A stretch of DNA of 59,914 nt from a virus (IMGVR_UViG_3300034374_007566:1-59914), one strand, 5' to 3'; shown: positions 19,182 to 27,401, counted from the stretch's first letter. The notes: generated by a model not told the origin, from the letters alone. Made by a program: numbers and translations.

Positions 19182-19673
19182 CTATTGCCCCACGGGAATC
19201 CAGTCCCAGCCAGGTGTCGCCAAGAGGGCGTCCGTCGCCCTGACCGGAGCGTCCGGAAGCAGTAGCCCCTCCGGCACGCGGACGACTTGCTTGCCCATGT
19301 TTGCACGGAAGAACTGCACCGGCTCACCAGAGCCGCCCCGCACCCAGTGCTTCACATTTACCCCGCCACCGCGTGATCTGCCAGACGCAGGAGGAAGAAA
19401 GAACCCTATGCTCCGGGCGTCCGCTAGCTCCGGTTCCGTTAGCGTGCGGTAAATCCAGCCTTGCTCCGTGAGGTGGTCCAAGGGGCCTGGAGCGCCGTAC
19501 TGAATAGCTGGCCGGTCATGGACAAGATTCCTCATCGGGGGGCCACCGGGCATGCCGGCGCGAGCAGCTTCTGCTGCCAGGCGGCGTACATTAGCCGGAG
19601 TTGATATCGCCACCTGCGGTCGGCTGGCTGGCCTGCCCATCAACCGCCGCAGGAGTTCTTCACGTCGCCCCAT
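19182..19673 (-). CDS. Putative ADP-ribosyltransferase-fold protein
   Basis: WIYRTLTEPELADARSIGF resembles ART strand 1 plus helix (YR....E......G). Confidence 0.45.
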   Translation of the reverse strand: MGRREELLRRLMGRPASRPQVAISTPANVRRLAAEAARAGMPGGPPMRNLVHDRPAIQYGAPGPLDHLTEQGWIYRTLTEPELADARSIGFFLPPASGRSRGGGVNVKHWVRGGSGEPVQFFRANMGKQVVRVPEGLLLPDAPVRATDALLATPGWDWIPVGQ

Positions 19674-19680
19674 GGAGATG

Positions 19681-19687
19681 AGTGTCC
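19681..19687 (-). promoter_or_regulatory. GGRCAMT putative late-promoter element (representative copy)
   Basis: Same motif at 5451, 13518, 14857, 15494, 17363, 19184, 20290, 51863, 56493, each just upstream of a minus-strand late gene. Confidence 0.6.
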
Positions 19688-19703
19688 GGGCTAAACGACG
19701 CTG

Positions 19704-20282
19704 TTAATCAACTACCGGATATCCCAGGGACCGAAAGATGTCCTCAGCACCCAGAGAGGCGGCCTCTCTTTCAGGAATGCTGTACAGAATCGTCCTCGGC
19801 CTCTTGCCTGGGTCCGGGCCATAGAGCTGTAGACGGCGTTCAATGTCACCCGCCAAGTTTGCCCGTTTCGTCATCCAGTTGACAAAGTATGAAGGGTGAT
19901 CCCGGAGAGGAACGCCAGGGAAGAGTTGGTCTCCGCGAGCGCCGTCCATGGGAATCATCGGTCGATACAAGTGATAGGCGGTGTCGTTCGGATGAAGGTC
20001 AGGCTCCAACTGACGCCACACTCGCCCCACTTCCGGGTCTCTAATCAATCGCTGAGGGCCATACGTTCGATACTGGTTGGGGATGCCTGCATCCATCAGG
20101 CGATTCCACTCTTCCAGGTACGGGTCAATGGCAGGAAAGCGCGGCCCAGGAATGGCCACGGAAGACGGCCTCGGCGGCACCAGGACCTTTGGTGGCGGCG
20201 GCGGGGGAGCAGGAATACGCGGAGGAGCGGCCCTCGCAGCCGCTTCACCGACTCGCTTAATAAGCCACTCTCGTCGCCCCAT
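19704..20282 (-). CDS. Hypothetical protein, possible ART fold; true start ATG 20282
   Basis: MGRREWLIKRV start mirrors MGRREELLRRL of its neighbour; Pro-rich linker; HLYR..VNWMT..TILYSIP. Confidence 0.55.
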   Translation of the reverse strand: MGRREWLIKRVGEAAARAAPPRIPAPPPPPPKVLVPPRPSSVAIPGPRFPAIDPYLEEWNRLMDAGIPNQYRTYGPQRLIRDPEVGRVWRQLEPDLHPNDTAYHLYRPMIPMDGARGDQLFPGVPLRDHPSYFVNWMTKRANLAGDIERRLQLYGPDPGKRPRTILYSIPEREAASLGAEDIFRSLGYPVVD

Positions 20283-20909
20283 AAAGACAAGTGTCCGACC
20301 GACGTGATCCCGGAGATTTTCAAAAATCCAAGAGAGGGATTGATATAAGACCTCCTGATCGACTGGGGGGGCCGGGGGCCTGACCGAAAGCCGATCACGC
20401 CCCCCCTGGCCGCTGCCGTGGCCGGTCGATTCTGGCCGGTCTGGCCGTCCGGCTGCCGGTCGCAACCCGCTGCGGCGTCACGGTTTGCGTGTTCGGGCAG
20501 GGTTCCCGCCCAAACACCCCCCCAATGGGGACGGGTTGCCGGCGTGGTTTCGGGCGGTGGCCGGCGGGACCGGGCAGCGTGCGGTGCATCTGCACCCCTC
20601 ACTGATTGTCCCCTGGCCGTGGTCCCGTGTTCCGATTGTGGCAGGCGTCACCCGCCGCGTGTACGGTGGGCCAGTCGTTGTAGCGTCGGGATGCTGGCAA
20701 TCCCCCGGGCCGGGCGCGTCCGCCCTGCGCACTGCATGCTATGGTTGGTGGTCCTCCTCCGTGGCCGGGTATCACTCCCGGCCGTACACTTGATCCATAT
20801 CGTCTCCTTCGCGGTTCTCGGTGGCACGCTCTGCCCGGGTGCTGGCGGGCGTGTACGGTCAGCCCCCGCCGCGCTCTCCGTGTCGGGTCTGCTGCGGCGG
20901 GGGCGGTTC

Positions 20910-21149
20910 TCATAGGAGCCAGACCGGCACGGCATCGGGGAGCGTTACCCCTAGCCGGCGGGCAATCTGGCGGGCGGTCTGGTGCGGGGTCGGGTTCCGG
21001 TCCTCCGCATACCATACCTCCCAGGTCCGGCGACCATCGCCCCAGGTGAAGCCACCAGCGACGATAGAGGCCCCTCGGTATGCCCAGCGGTGGATTCTCC
21101 CGTCCTCACTGCCGGGGCGAGTCTCGCATTGTGGGAACGGTGGCCTCAT
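20910..21149 (-). CDS. Hypothetical early protein
   Basis: MRPPFPQCETRPG...; ATGA coupling to 21146..21730. Confidence 0.6.
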   Translation of the reverse strand: MRPPFPQCETRPGSEDGRIHRWAYRGASIVAGGFTWGDGRRTWEVWYAEDRNPTPHQTARQIARRLGVTLPDAVPVWLL

Positions 21150-21730
21150 GCTGCCCCCCCCTTCATTGGCGGCAAGCCCGCAACCCTCCGCCAGTCGTTG
21201 ATAGCCTCCAGGCGGGAAGCCTCTCGGCTGGCCGGATTGGGATCGCCAAGCCCCACCGGGATACGGTCGGGCATCCACTCCGGCGGTCCTGCCTCTGTAA
21301 CTGTTGGGGTCCATCCCGGTTCATGCTCCGCCCGGCTGCCGATCCCGTAGGCTGCCAGAGCATCCGCCAGCGGGATACCTCTTGGCTCTGCGGCCATGGC
21401 AATGGTCTGCGGGTCTGGCATCACTGAGCGGTCCACAACCGGGACCCGATAGCGTCCCTCCTCCTCCGCCTTACGCCTGCGGCTGGCCCTCTTGGCCTCT
21501 GCGTCTGCGTGGGGCAGAAGAGCCCGATAGGTTCCCGCTCTGCGGGCGATAATGCGGGCCGTGTTGATCACCTGGCCAGGAGCCTCGGCGGTCCTGCACA
21601 ATCGGCCTTCCAGGTGCCGAAGTGCCACCTCTTGGGCTATGTCGTCCGCGGTGGCGGGGTCGATTCCTTCCCGGATTGCGTTGTTGCGTACTGCGGTGAT
21701 GACGCGGGGGAAGTCGCTGGGAAGTATCAT
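21146..21730 (-). CDS. Sigma-70 region-2-like (ECF-like) protein
   Basis: ATADDIAQEVALRHL resembles ECF DAEDLVQEVFLRL; AGGAG RBS and upstream promoter. Confidence 0.5.
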   Translation of the reverse strand: MILPSDFPRVITAVRNNAIREGIDPATADDIAQEVALRHLEGRLCRTAEAPGQVINTARIIARRAGTYRALLPHADAEAKRASRRRKAEEEGRYRVPVVDRSVMPDPQTIAMAAEPRGIPLADALAAYGIGSRAEHEPGWTPTVTEAGPPEWMPDRIPVGLGDPNPASREASRLEAINDWRRVAGLPPMKGGAA

Positions 21731-21775
21731 GTTCTCGGCTCCTGGGTGTGTGTCGGTTGTCCAGCCGACTGTATG

Positions 21776-21803
21776 ATTCTATCGGCTGCCCACTGTCTTG
21801 CAA
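21776..21803 (-). promoter_or_regulatory. Sigma-70-type promoter
   Basis: TTGCAA-16 nt-TAGAAT on the minus strand upstream of 21730. Confidence 0.65.
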
Positions 21804-21815
21804 GTGAGAATATGA

Positions 21816-22046
21816 TTAGTTCCATGACCAGCGGTGGCGGATTGTAACGCCGTGGTCATCTCGCAGCGTGATATATGCCACGGTGCTACCCTCACGCCTG
21901 CGGTAGGCTATCTGCGATTGTCTGCGGGCATACTCCTGGGCTGCCTTCACTGCGTCCCGCCAGTTGGGGCGGGTTAGGGTTCGGGCTGTGCTGCTGATGC
22001 CTCGGCGGTGGTGGTGCGTCTCTGTGATTATCTGCGCCTGTACCAT
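21816..22046 (-). CDS. Hypothetical early protein (76 aa)
   Basis: MVQAQIITETHH...; AAGGGG RBS. Confidence 0.6.
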   Translation of the reverse strand: MVQAQIITETHHHRRGISSTARTLTRPNWRDAVKAAQEYARRQSQIAYRRREGSTVAYITLRDDHGVTIRHRWSWN

Positions 22047-22120
22047 CGGTTTCCCCTTGGGCTGGTGGTTCGGTTCTTGCCGGCCCCGGCTACGCTGCCG
22101 GGGCCGGCTTGCCTGCTGGC

Positions 22121-22378
22121 CTACTTGGTGGCCAGTTCCCCGGCATGGTCCAGGATGTAACCCTTCAGATCGTCGGCACGGTCCAGCAGTCGCTCCCACT
22201 GGTCGCGGTAGAGCGTGACGGGAAACCGTGCGTTTAGTCCGTAGACGCTGACGGCCCCCTTTTGGCTGACCTTGAACGTGATACTCTTTCCGGCCCGTGC
22301 CTTGGTGGCTGCCAGTTCCGCACGGACCTGCTCCAGTTCGGCGGCAAGTTCGGCGGCGGTGGGGCTCTTGTTGGCCAT
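22121..22378 (-). CDS. Conserved small protein (KVSxKGAVSVYGLxxFPVTLY family), possibly PC4-like ssDNA-binding
   Basis: Recognisable motif after an N-terminal coiled coil; AGGAG RBS. Confidence 0.75.
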   Translation of the reverse strand: MANKSPTAAELAAELEQVRAELAATKARAGKSITFKVSQKGAVSVYGLNARFPVTLYRDQWERLLDRADDLKGYILDHAGELATK

Positions 22379-22557
22379 GGTTTCGGCTCCTGGGTTGGCG
22401 TGGGTTCCGCAACGTGCGGCACCCTCACCACAAGAGGGACGAAGGCCCCGAAAAAAAACGCCGCCGCGTCCCTCTTTAGATGCGGGCCTCACGCTCGCCG
22501 CCGTCGCCGCCGCTGCGGGGCGGTTTCGCCCCTGTTTTCCAGGGGTTTCCCCGGTTT

Positions 22558-22579
22558 GGAGTGTACAAGGGTACACTCC
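22558..22579. promoter_or_regulatory. Palindromic operator GGAGTGTAC-AAGG-GTACACTCC
   Basis: Perfect 9-bp arms in the divergent early intergenic region. Confidence 0.7.
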
Positions 22580-22668
22580 CCCTGCCAGCCTGGCCCCCCA
22601 CGGGGGGAACTGTGCGGTGCGGACAGCGGTTGGCTTTCGCACGGTGCGGACAGCACATGGAGATTGGT

Positions 22669-23541
22669 ATGTACAAGACGGCGACGATCCTACAACCCGG
22701 AGACAGCAACAGTAAGATCAGCCATGGGACTGGATACAAGGCCTATACCATCTCCTTGGCATCGTCTGACTCCTCTGGATACAACATGTGTGCCAGGGCG
22801 ATCAGACGGTCCAAGATTGAAGAGTTTCGGGACAGGGGATGGGATATCTCTGAGATTGCCCAGTGGGCCAATGCCCGTGGGTTGTCCATGTGTTCCTACG
22901 GCTGTGTGACCTGGGAGGCCGGGCATGGTCGGTCTGACTTTGTGCGGGATGCCCGGATCAACCTGACTAACTGGCTGCGGGAGAATCCCCGGTCCTTTGG
23001 TGCCTATCTCCGCAGGGGTATTGACAAGGCGGAGCGGAACAAGGGTGACAGTGAGATCGCATGCCGGCCAAATGTTGACTCTGACGAGCGGTGGGAGAAG
23101 CGGTTTCCTTGGATGTTTGACTATGCCTGGAAGTGGTATGACTACACCAAGCTGTCAGATCGTCTTGGTCGGGCCCCTTATCACCTGACCTACAGTTACA
23201 ACGACGGCACTACCTACGATGACTGGAAGCGTGTCTATGACACTGGCTCCAACATCTCTGTAGTGTTTGACGCTCTGTGGAATCCCTGGGGTAACCAGTT
23301 TGGTTACCTGCCGGCCACCTGGACTGACCCCAATGGCAAGGTCTGGCGGGTCATCGACGGGGACAAGAGTGACTACCGCTTCCTGGATGACCAGGACGTG
23401 TGTGTCGGCCTTCGCCTGAAGGCTGACCCTGAGCGGCGGGATGAGATGCGAGAGACAGAGTTTGTGGTGCCGAATGGCATCGACATGGTGGGTGACGGTC
23501 ACCCATCGGAACTGAGTTTCGGCCACTACCTAGCGGGGTGA
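22669..23541 (+). CDS. GP88-family protein
   Basis: C...C...C, RPNVDSD.RW, YDYTK, YHLTYS, IDGDKSDYRF.D, VGLRLK. Confidence 0.85.
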   Translation: MYKTATILQPGDSNSKISHGTGYKAYTISLASSDSSGYNMCARAIRRSKIEEFRDRGWDISEIAQWANARGLSMCSYGCVTWEAGHGRSDFVRDARINLTNWLRENPRSFGAYLRRGIDKAERNKGDSEIACRPNVDSDERWEKRFPWMFDYAWKWYDYTKLSDRLGRAPYHLTYSYNDGTTYDDWKRVYDTGSNISVVFDALWNPWGNQFGYLPATWTDPNGKVWRVIDGDKSDYRFLDDQDVCVGLRLKADPERRDEMRETEFVVPNGIDMVGDGHPSELSFGHYLAG

Positions 23542-23544
23542 TTT

Positions 23545-23718
23545 ATGTGCGACTACGACTGGCTTGGCTATGGCCTGCTCCTGAAGTTCGGCCATGGCAC
23601 CGTGTTCATGCAAGGCGATGAAGCCTCTGAGTTGTATGACCAACTGGAGGAGTGTCAGAGCCAGGAGCAGATTGACCTTTTGATCGGGGACTACGCGGAA
23701 CTTGCGGAGGAGGAGTGA
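23545..23718 (+). CDS. Small acidic hypothetical protein (57 aa)
   Basis: MCDYDWLGYGLLLKFGHGTVFMQGDEA...; fills the gap, coupled to next gene. Confidence 0.6.
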   Translation: MCDYDWLGYGLLLKFGHGTVFMQGDEASELYDQLEECQSQEQIDLLIGDYAELAEEE

Positions 23719-23957
23719 GCATGGACTTTGACCACATGAAGACCCTGGAGATTGTTCCTCCTTATGAGGTTCGGTTCATCCGGGAGTGTGAGCGTGACTA
23801 TGTCAGCCTCTGCTGGTGGGCTTCCCGTGCCTACGGCAGCAGCAGGCATGAGCGGCTGTGCTATGTGGTGCGGCAGTTCATTCGGAAGTACCCCCAGTAC
23901 GAAGGCCGCGGTGGCGGGGTGTACAAGGACGTGTGCGGCATCCTGGAGAATGCGTGA
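23715..23957 (+). CDS. Hypothetical protein
   Basis: Coupled small ORF in the early operon. Confidence 0.6.
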   Translation: MSMDFDHMKTLEIVPPYEVRFIRECERDYVSLCWWASRAYGSSRHERLCYVVRQFIRKYPQYEGRGGGVYKDVCGILENA

Positions 23958-24328
23958 TGAGCGACTACTACACCGAAGACTTTGCCGACATCGTTTCCTG
24001 TGCCAGGGAGCGATGCATGCTGAATGACATCATGCGAGCCTGGGGTGACAGCGGACTGCCCGAGGACTTTTCCGACAGCGGTGTCCGACCGGCCTTCAAT
24101 CGCAACAGCGGGCATGTGTTCCTTGTCAATGAGGACCTGGATGTCTGCATGCTGCGGGACGGCAAGTTGGAGTCCTTCTACACCAGCCCCTATGAGGGCA
24201 GGGAAGGTTTCTTCGATGAACTGCTGGAGGAGTACGCCGACATGCACCCAGAGGACCAGCGGTGGATGCGTGACATCGCTGACCACACTGGCCGTGATAT
24301 CCCGGAGGTTGACGATGCTGAAGTCTGA
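23957..24328 (+). CDS. Hypothetical protein (FNxNSGxVFLVNED motif)
   Basis: ATG 23957 coupled to the previous stop. Confidence 0.7.
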   Translation: MSDYYTEDFADIVSCARERCMLNDIMRAWGDSGLPEDFSDSGVRPAFNRNSGHVFLVNEDLDVCMLRDGKLESFYTSPYEGREGFFDELLEEYADMHPEDQRWMRDIADHTGRDIPEVDDAEV

Positions 24329-24524
24329 GCGGGCCAAGCAAGACCTGGAGGATGGCCGGGCAGTGGTCTTCCTCAGTGATGGGGAGACCTGGGATCAGGT
24401 CGAAGACTGTGTTGTTCGCTTCCACTCCGAGGAGGAGGAGTGGGAGTGGGGTGACGGGCCCAAGGGCTGGGTCACGTTGCATCTGGATCAGATCATTCGC
24501 CACTACTTGGAGAGCCACCAATGA
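24315..24524 (+). CDS. Hypothetical protein
   Basis: MLKSERAK...LSDGETW; GGAGG RBS. Confidence 0.6.
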   Translation: MLKSERAKQDLEDGRAVVFLSDGETWDQVEDCVVRFHSEEEEWEWGDGPKGWVTLHLDQIIRHYLESHQ

Positions 24525-25141
24525 ACCTTCCCAAAGCAATCGCTGCTCTGCCCAAGTGGGCTGACGAGTACCCATCCCACTACCAGTTGGACTGCATCCG
24601 CCTGCGGGCCGATGGCCGGCAAGCATACGCCGAGGCCACGGACGGCTGCCGCCTGTGCCGGCTGACGTGGCATTGCGAGGGAGTTGAGGGTGACTATCGC
24701 CTGCCGCACAAGGCCCTTGCCCGTGCCCTGCGGTCGGTCGGTGTCACCCCTGATGGGTATCACGCCAGCCTGAACGGAGATGTCACGGTGTACGGCAAGA
24801 AGTCTGGTGCGACAGTCAAGCCAGAGGAGCCGGAACGCTGGCCGCAAAGCGAGGAGGTGTTGTACCCGGAGCCTGGCACGGAGCCGATCCTTCTGTCGGC
24901 CAAGGAGCTGAGGGACCGTGCCCGTGCTGCCCTGAAGGCAGGCGAGGACGGGATGACGCTGAAGATTGACGATGTGACTACCAAGTTGACATCCAAGTAC
25001 GTCCGTGACATGGCCGAGACTGCGATCCAGTGCGGCTATGACAACGTGGCTGCGTCCACCAAGGATGAGAAGTCTGCCGTCCACTTCTGGGCGGACGGCA
25101 AACTGCTGTTTGATTCCGTGATCATGCCCCGTTTGGACTGA
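24521..25141 (+). CDS. DNA polymerase III beta-clamp-like protein (short)
   Basis: AEATDGCRL and C-terminal VIMPR motifs of DnaN. Confidence 0.7.
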   Translation: MNLPKAIAALPKWADEYPSHYQLDCIRLRADGRQAYAEATDGCRLCRLTWHCEGVEGDYRLPHKALARALRSVGVTPDGYHASLNGDVTVYGKKSGATVKPEEPERWPQSEEVLYPEPGTEPILLSAKELRDRARAALKAGEDGMTLKIDDVTTKLTSKYVRDMAETAIQCGYDNVAASTKDEKSAVHFWADGKLLFDSVIMPRLD

Positions 25142-25153
25142 GGAGGAACCCTG

Positions 25154-25603
25154 ATGATTCGCTACCTGAAGAACCGTTTCCGTGCTTACATCCAGGGCAT
25201 CATTGCCGAGAAGGTGGATGCCATCGCTGCCCTTGCCGCCGAGCAGGTGGATGTGGACTCCGTTGTTGACACTGTGATGGACCGCGTGACGGCCGAGCCT
25301 GACGTGGAGTACGACCTGCTGGCCGAGCAGATCGACATCGAAGAACTGGCCCGGCAGATCGACACGTCCTACCTGGCAGGGGAGATGGACTACTCGTCCC
25401 TGGCCTCCGGGGTGGACGTGTCGGAGTTGGCCCGGGAGATTGACGTGTCGGACATTGCTGCCGAGATCGACGCCTCAGAGGTGGCGTCAGCGTTTGATGA
25501 GGATTCCATTGCCGACCGGGTAGTGGAGGACCTGGACTACAAGTGCCTGGCCGCTGCGATTCTGAAGGAACTCCGCCCGGTGGAGGTGCGGCCTTCGGCC
25601 TGA
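25154..25603 (+). CDS. Highly acidic 9-residue-repeat protein
   Basis: IDIEELARQ/IDTSYLAGE/MDYSSLASG/VDVSELARE/IDVSDIAAE/IDASEVASA. Confidence 0.8.
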   Translation: MIRYLKNRFRAYIQGIIAEKVDAIAALAAEQVDVDSVVDTVMDRVTAEPDVEYDLLAEQIDIEELARQIDTSYLAGEMDYSSLASGVDVSELAREIDVSDIAAEIDASEVASAFDEDSIADRVVEDLDYKCLAAAILKELRPVEVRPSA

Positions 25604-25652
25604 GTGTGGTAGAATGCGTTGACTGGGTGGGCCTTCTGGCCCGCTCCTGGGG

Positions 25653-25695
25653 CCCCGGCGGGGAAAATGTCCTAAGTACCCGCCGGGGTTTTTTT
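25653..25695 (+). terminator. Rho-independent terminator
   Basis: CCCCGGCGGG/CCCGCCGGGG stem followed by T7. Confidence 0.8.
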
Positions 25696-25728
25696 GTGTA
25701 CGTTCCTGAACCTGTACGGATGCACACC

Positions 25729-25947
25729 ATGAAGACCATCGTCCATGTGAACCAGCATGTGATCCGCAAGAACAACAAGACCGGCGAGCGTGATCCCGTG
25801 CTGACAGTCAAGACCTACAAGGACAACCGCTATGCACACTCAGTGCGGATCGATGGTCCTTGCGTTGTGCGTTATGAGCCTGATGCCCCGCTCTCCTGCG
25901 GTGCCAGGGTGTGGATTGAAACCGAAAGCAAAGTGGAGGTGGAGTGA
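25729..25947 (+). CDS. Conserved phage hypothetical (HVNQHVIR..PLSCGARVWIET)
   Basis: Recognisable motif; ATG 25729. Confidence 0.8.
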   Translation: MKTIVHVNQHVIRKNNKTGERDPVLTVKTYKDNRYAHSVRIDGPCVVRYEPDAPLSCGARVWIETESKVEVE

Positions 25948-26147
25948 TGACTGTCGGCCAACTGCGAGAACTGATTGCGGACCTGCCGGACACCTACAAC
26001 GTCCGGCCCCAGTGGGCACCGGGCAAGGAGCCCGGCGACCATGAGCCTCACGTTTGCCTGCGTGGGTTCGATGTGCTGAACGGTGAACTGCTGGCCCTGG
26101 TGGAACTGTTCTACCTGGACGAGATCGAAGACGAGGAGGCGGAGTGA
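25944..26147 (+). CDS. Hypothetical protein (MTVGQLRELI start)
   Basis: Coupled small ORF. Confidence 0.7.
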   Translation: MMTVGQLRELIADLPDTYNVRPQWAPGKEPGDHEPHVCLRGFDVLNGELLALVELFYLDEIEDEEAE

Positions 26148-26280
26148 TGAAGAGCAAAGTCACGGCTAGGTATTCCGTCATTTGGAGAGACGGCGTGGCG
26201 AGGAAGATTCCGCACAGGCGATGAATGACGCTATAGGACCGCGGATACGGAACACACCAGCGAATGAAGGAGGTGAAGTG

Positions 26281-26478
26281 ATGAGCGAGATCGACAGCGA
26301 GGCGCAACAGTCGTTGGCAGGAATCTGGTACGCCAGGTCGCAGTTGCTGGAGAAGCGGCTGCTCCGGCTCCGGGCAGCGTGCGTTGAGGTTCTTGACTGG
26401 GCCGAGGCCCAAGACGAAGAGCGGCGGCCGGCGTGGGTGGATCGACTGACCCGCAGTATGAGTGCGATGAACCCATAG
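26281..26478 (+). CDS. Hypothetical protein
   Basis: GGAGGTG RBS before ATG 26281. Confidence 0.6.
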   Translation: MSEIDSEAQQSLAGIWYARSQLLEKRLLRLRAACVEVLDWAEAQDEERRPAWVDRLTRSMSAMNP

Positions 26479-26491
26479 AGGAGGACTACTG

Positions 26492-26680
26492 ATGCCGACG
26501 ATTGAACTGCGTGACGAAGACTTAGAGACAGTCCTGGAGGCTGTTATCTATGCCATAGAAACAATGAAGTACGATCTTATTGACCCAAGCAACAGCACGC
26601 TTTACTCCCCGGAAGAACGATCTGCCAAGGAGAAACTTGTAGCACGCTTGGAAATGCTCGCCTCCCGTTTCATTCTTTAG
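26492..26680 (+). CDS. Hypothetical protein (MPTIEL)
   Basis: GAGGAGG RBS; N-terminus paralogous to 26693. Confidence 0.7.
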   Translation: MPTIELRDEDLETVLEAVIYAIETMKYDLIDPSNSTLYSPEERSAKEKLVARLEMLASRFIL

Positions 26681-26692
26681 AAAGGTTACGAC

Positions 26693-26887
26693 ATGCCAAC
26701 GATTGACCTGACCGACGAGCAGTATCGGACCGTCATTGCCGCCTTGTCTCAGACTGACTACGCATGCCATCACGGAGACTCCGACGCTCTGGACGCGGCG
26801 GCTCACAACGCCGGCCTAGCCCTGAAGTTTTTCGGAGAGAAGACTGCCGCCGAAGAGGCGGCCGAGCAGGAAGAGGAGGAAGACTGA
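26693..26887 (+). CDS. Hypothetical protein (MPTIDL)
   Basis: N-terminus paralogous to 26492. Confidence 0.7.
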   Translation: MPTIDLTDEQYRTVIAALSQTDYACHHGDSDALDAAAHNAGLALKFFGEKTAAEEAAEQEEEED

Positions 26888-27129
26888 TGCCCTACCAAGA
26901 CAGTGACTACCCCAGTGTCCTGCGGGGGAGAGACAAGAGAGAGAGCCGGAGGTTGCTGGCGGCGGCACCGGAGATGCTGGCCGCACTGAAGCGGATGCGT
27001 GAAGTGTTTGAACAGTTGTCAGACGGCGACTGGCGGATGCTAGACGCTACCTATGTGGATCAACTTATCGAAAGCGATGGACTGCACGGCTGCGATAAGG
27101 CAATCGCCAAAGCAGAAGGGAGGGAGTGA
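26887..27129 (+). CDS. AAAPxLL..AIAKAEGRE family protein 1
   Basis: RLLAAAPEMLAAL...AIAKAEGRE*. Confidence 0.75.
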   Translation: MPYQDSDYPSVLRGRDKRESRRLLAAAPEMLAALKRMREVFEQLSDGDWRMLDATYVDQLIESDGLHGCDKAIAKAEGRE

Positions 27130-27401
27130 TGTTTCATACACCTGGGCCTTGGACTATTGAATACGAAGACGCTGATGGCGACATGTTGGAGAACGGCGTG
27201 ACCATTGAGTCATGCGAGGGGCCAGTGGCTTTCAATGTGATCGACTGCTCTGCCCGCCTCATCGCAGCAGCACCGGAGTTACTGAAGGAACTGAAGTATT
27301 TGGTGGAGCAGTTTGAGGAGGCCGTTGATTGGGTGCCTGAGTACACTGCGATGGCGGACAGAGCAAAGGCCGCCATTGCCAAAGCTGAAGGGAGGGAGTG
27401 A
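27129..27401 (+). CDS. AAAPxLL..AIAKAEGRE family protein 2
   Basis: HTPGPW...ARLIAAAPELL...AIAKAEGRE*. Confidence 0.8.
   Translation: MFHTPGPWTIEYEDADGDMLENGVTIESCEGPVAFNVIDCSARLIAAAPELLKELKYLVEQFEEAVDWVPEYTAMADRAKAAIAKAEGRE

Noticed and set aside
20096-21049. Multiple overlapping R/P/G-rich ORFs
   Set aside because: Low-complexity translations in all frames with no convincing starts; treated as non-coding
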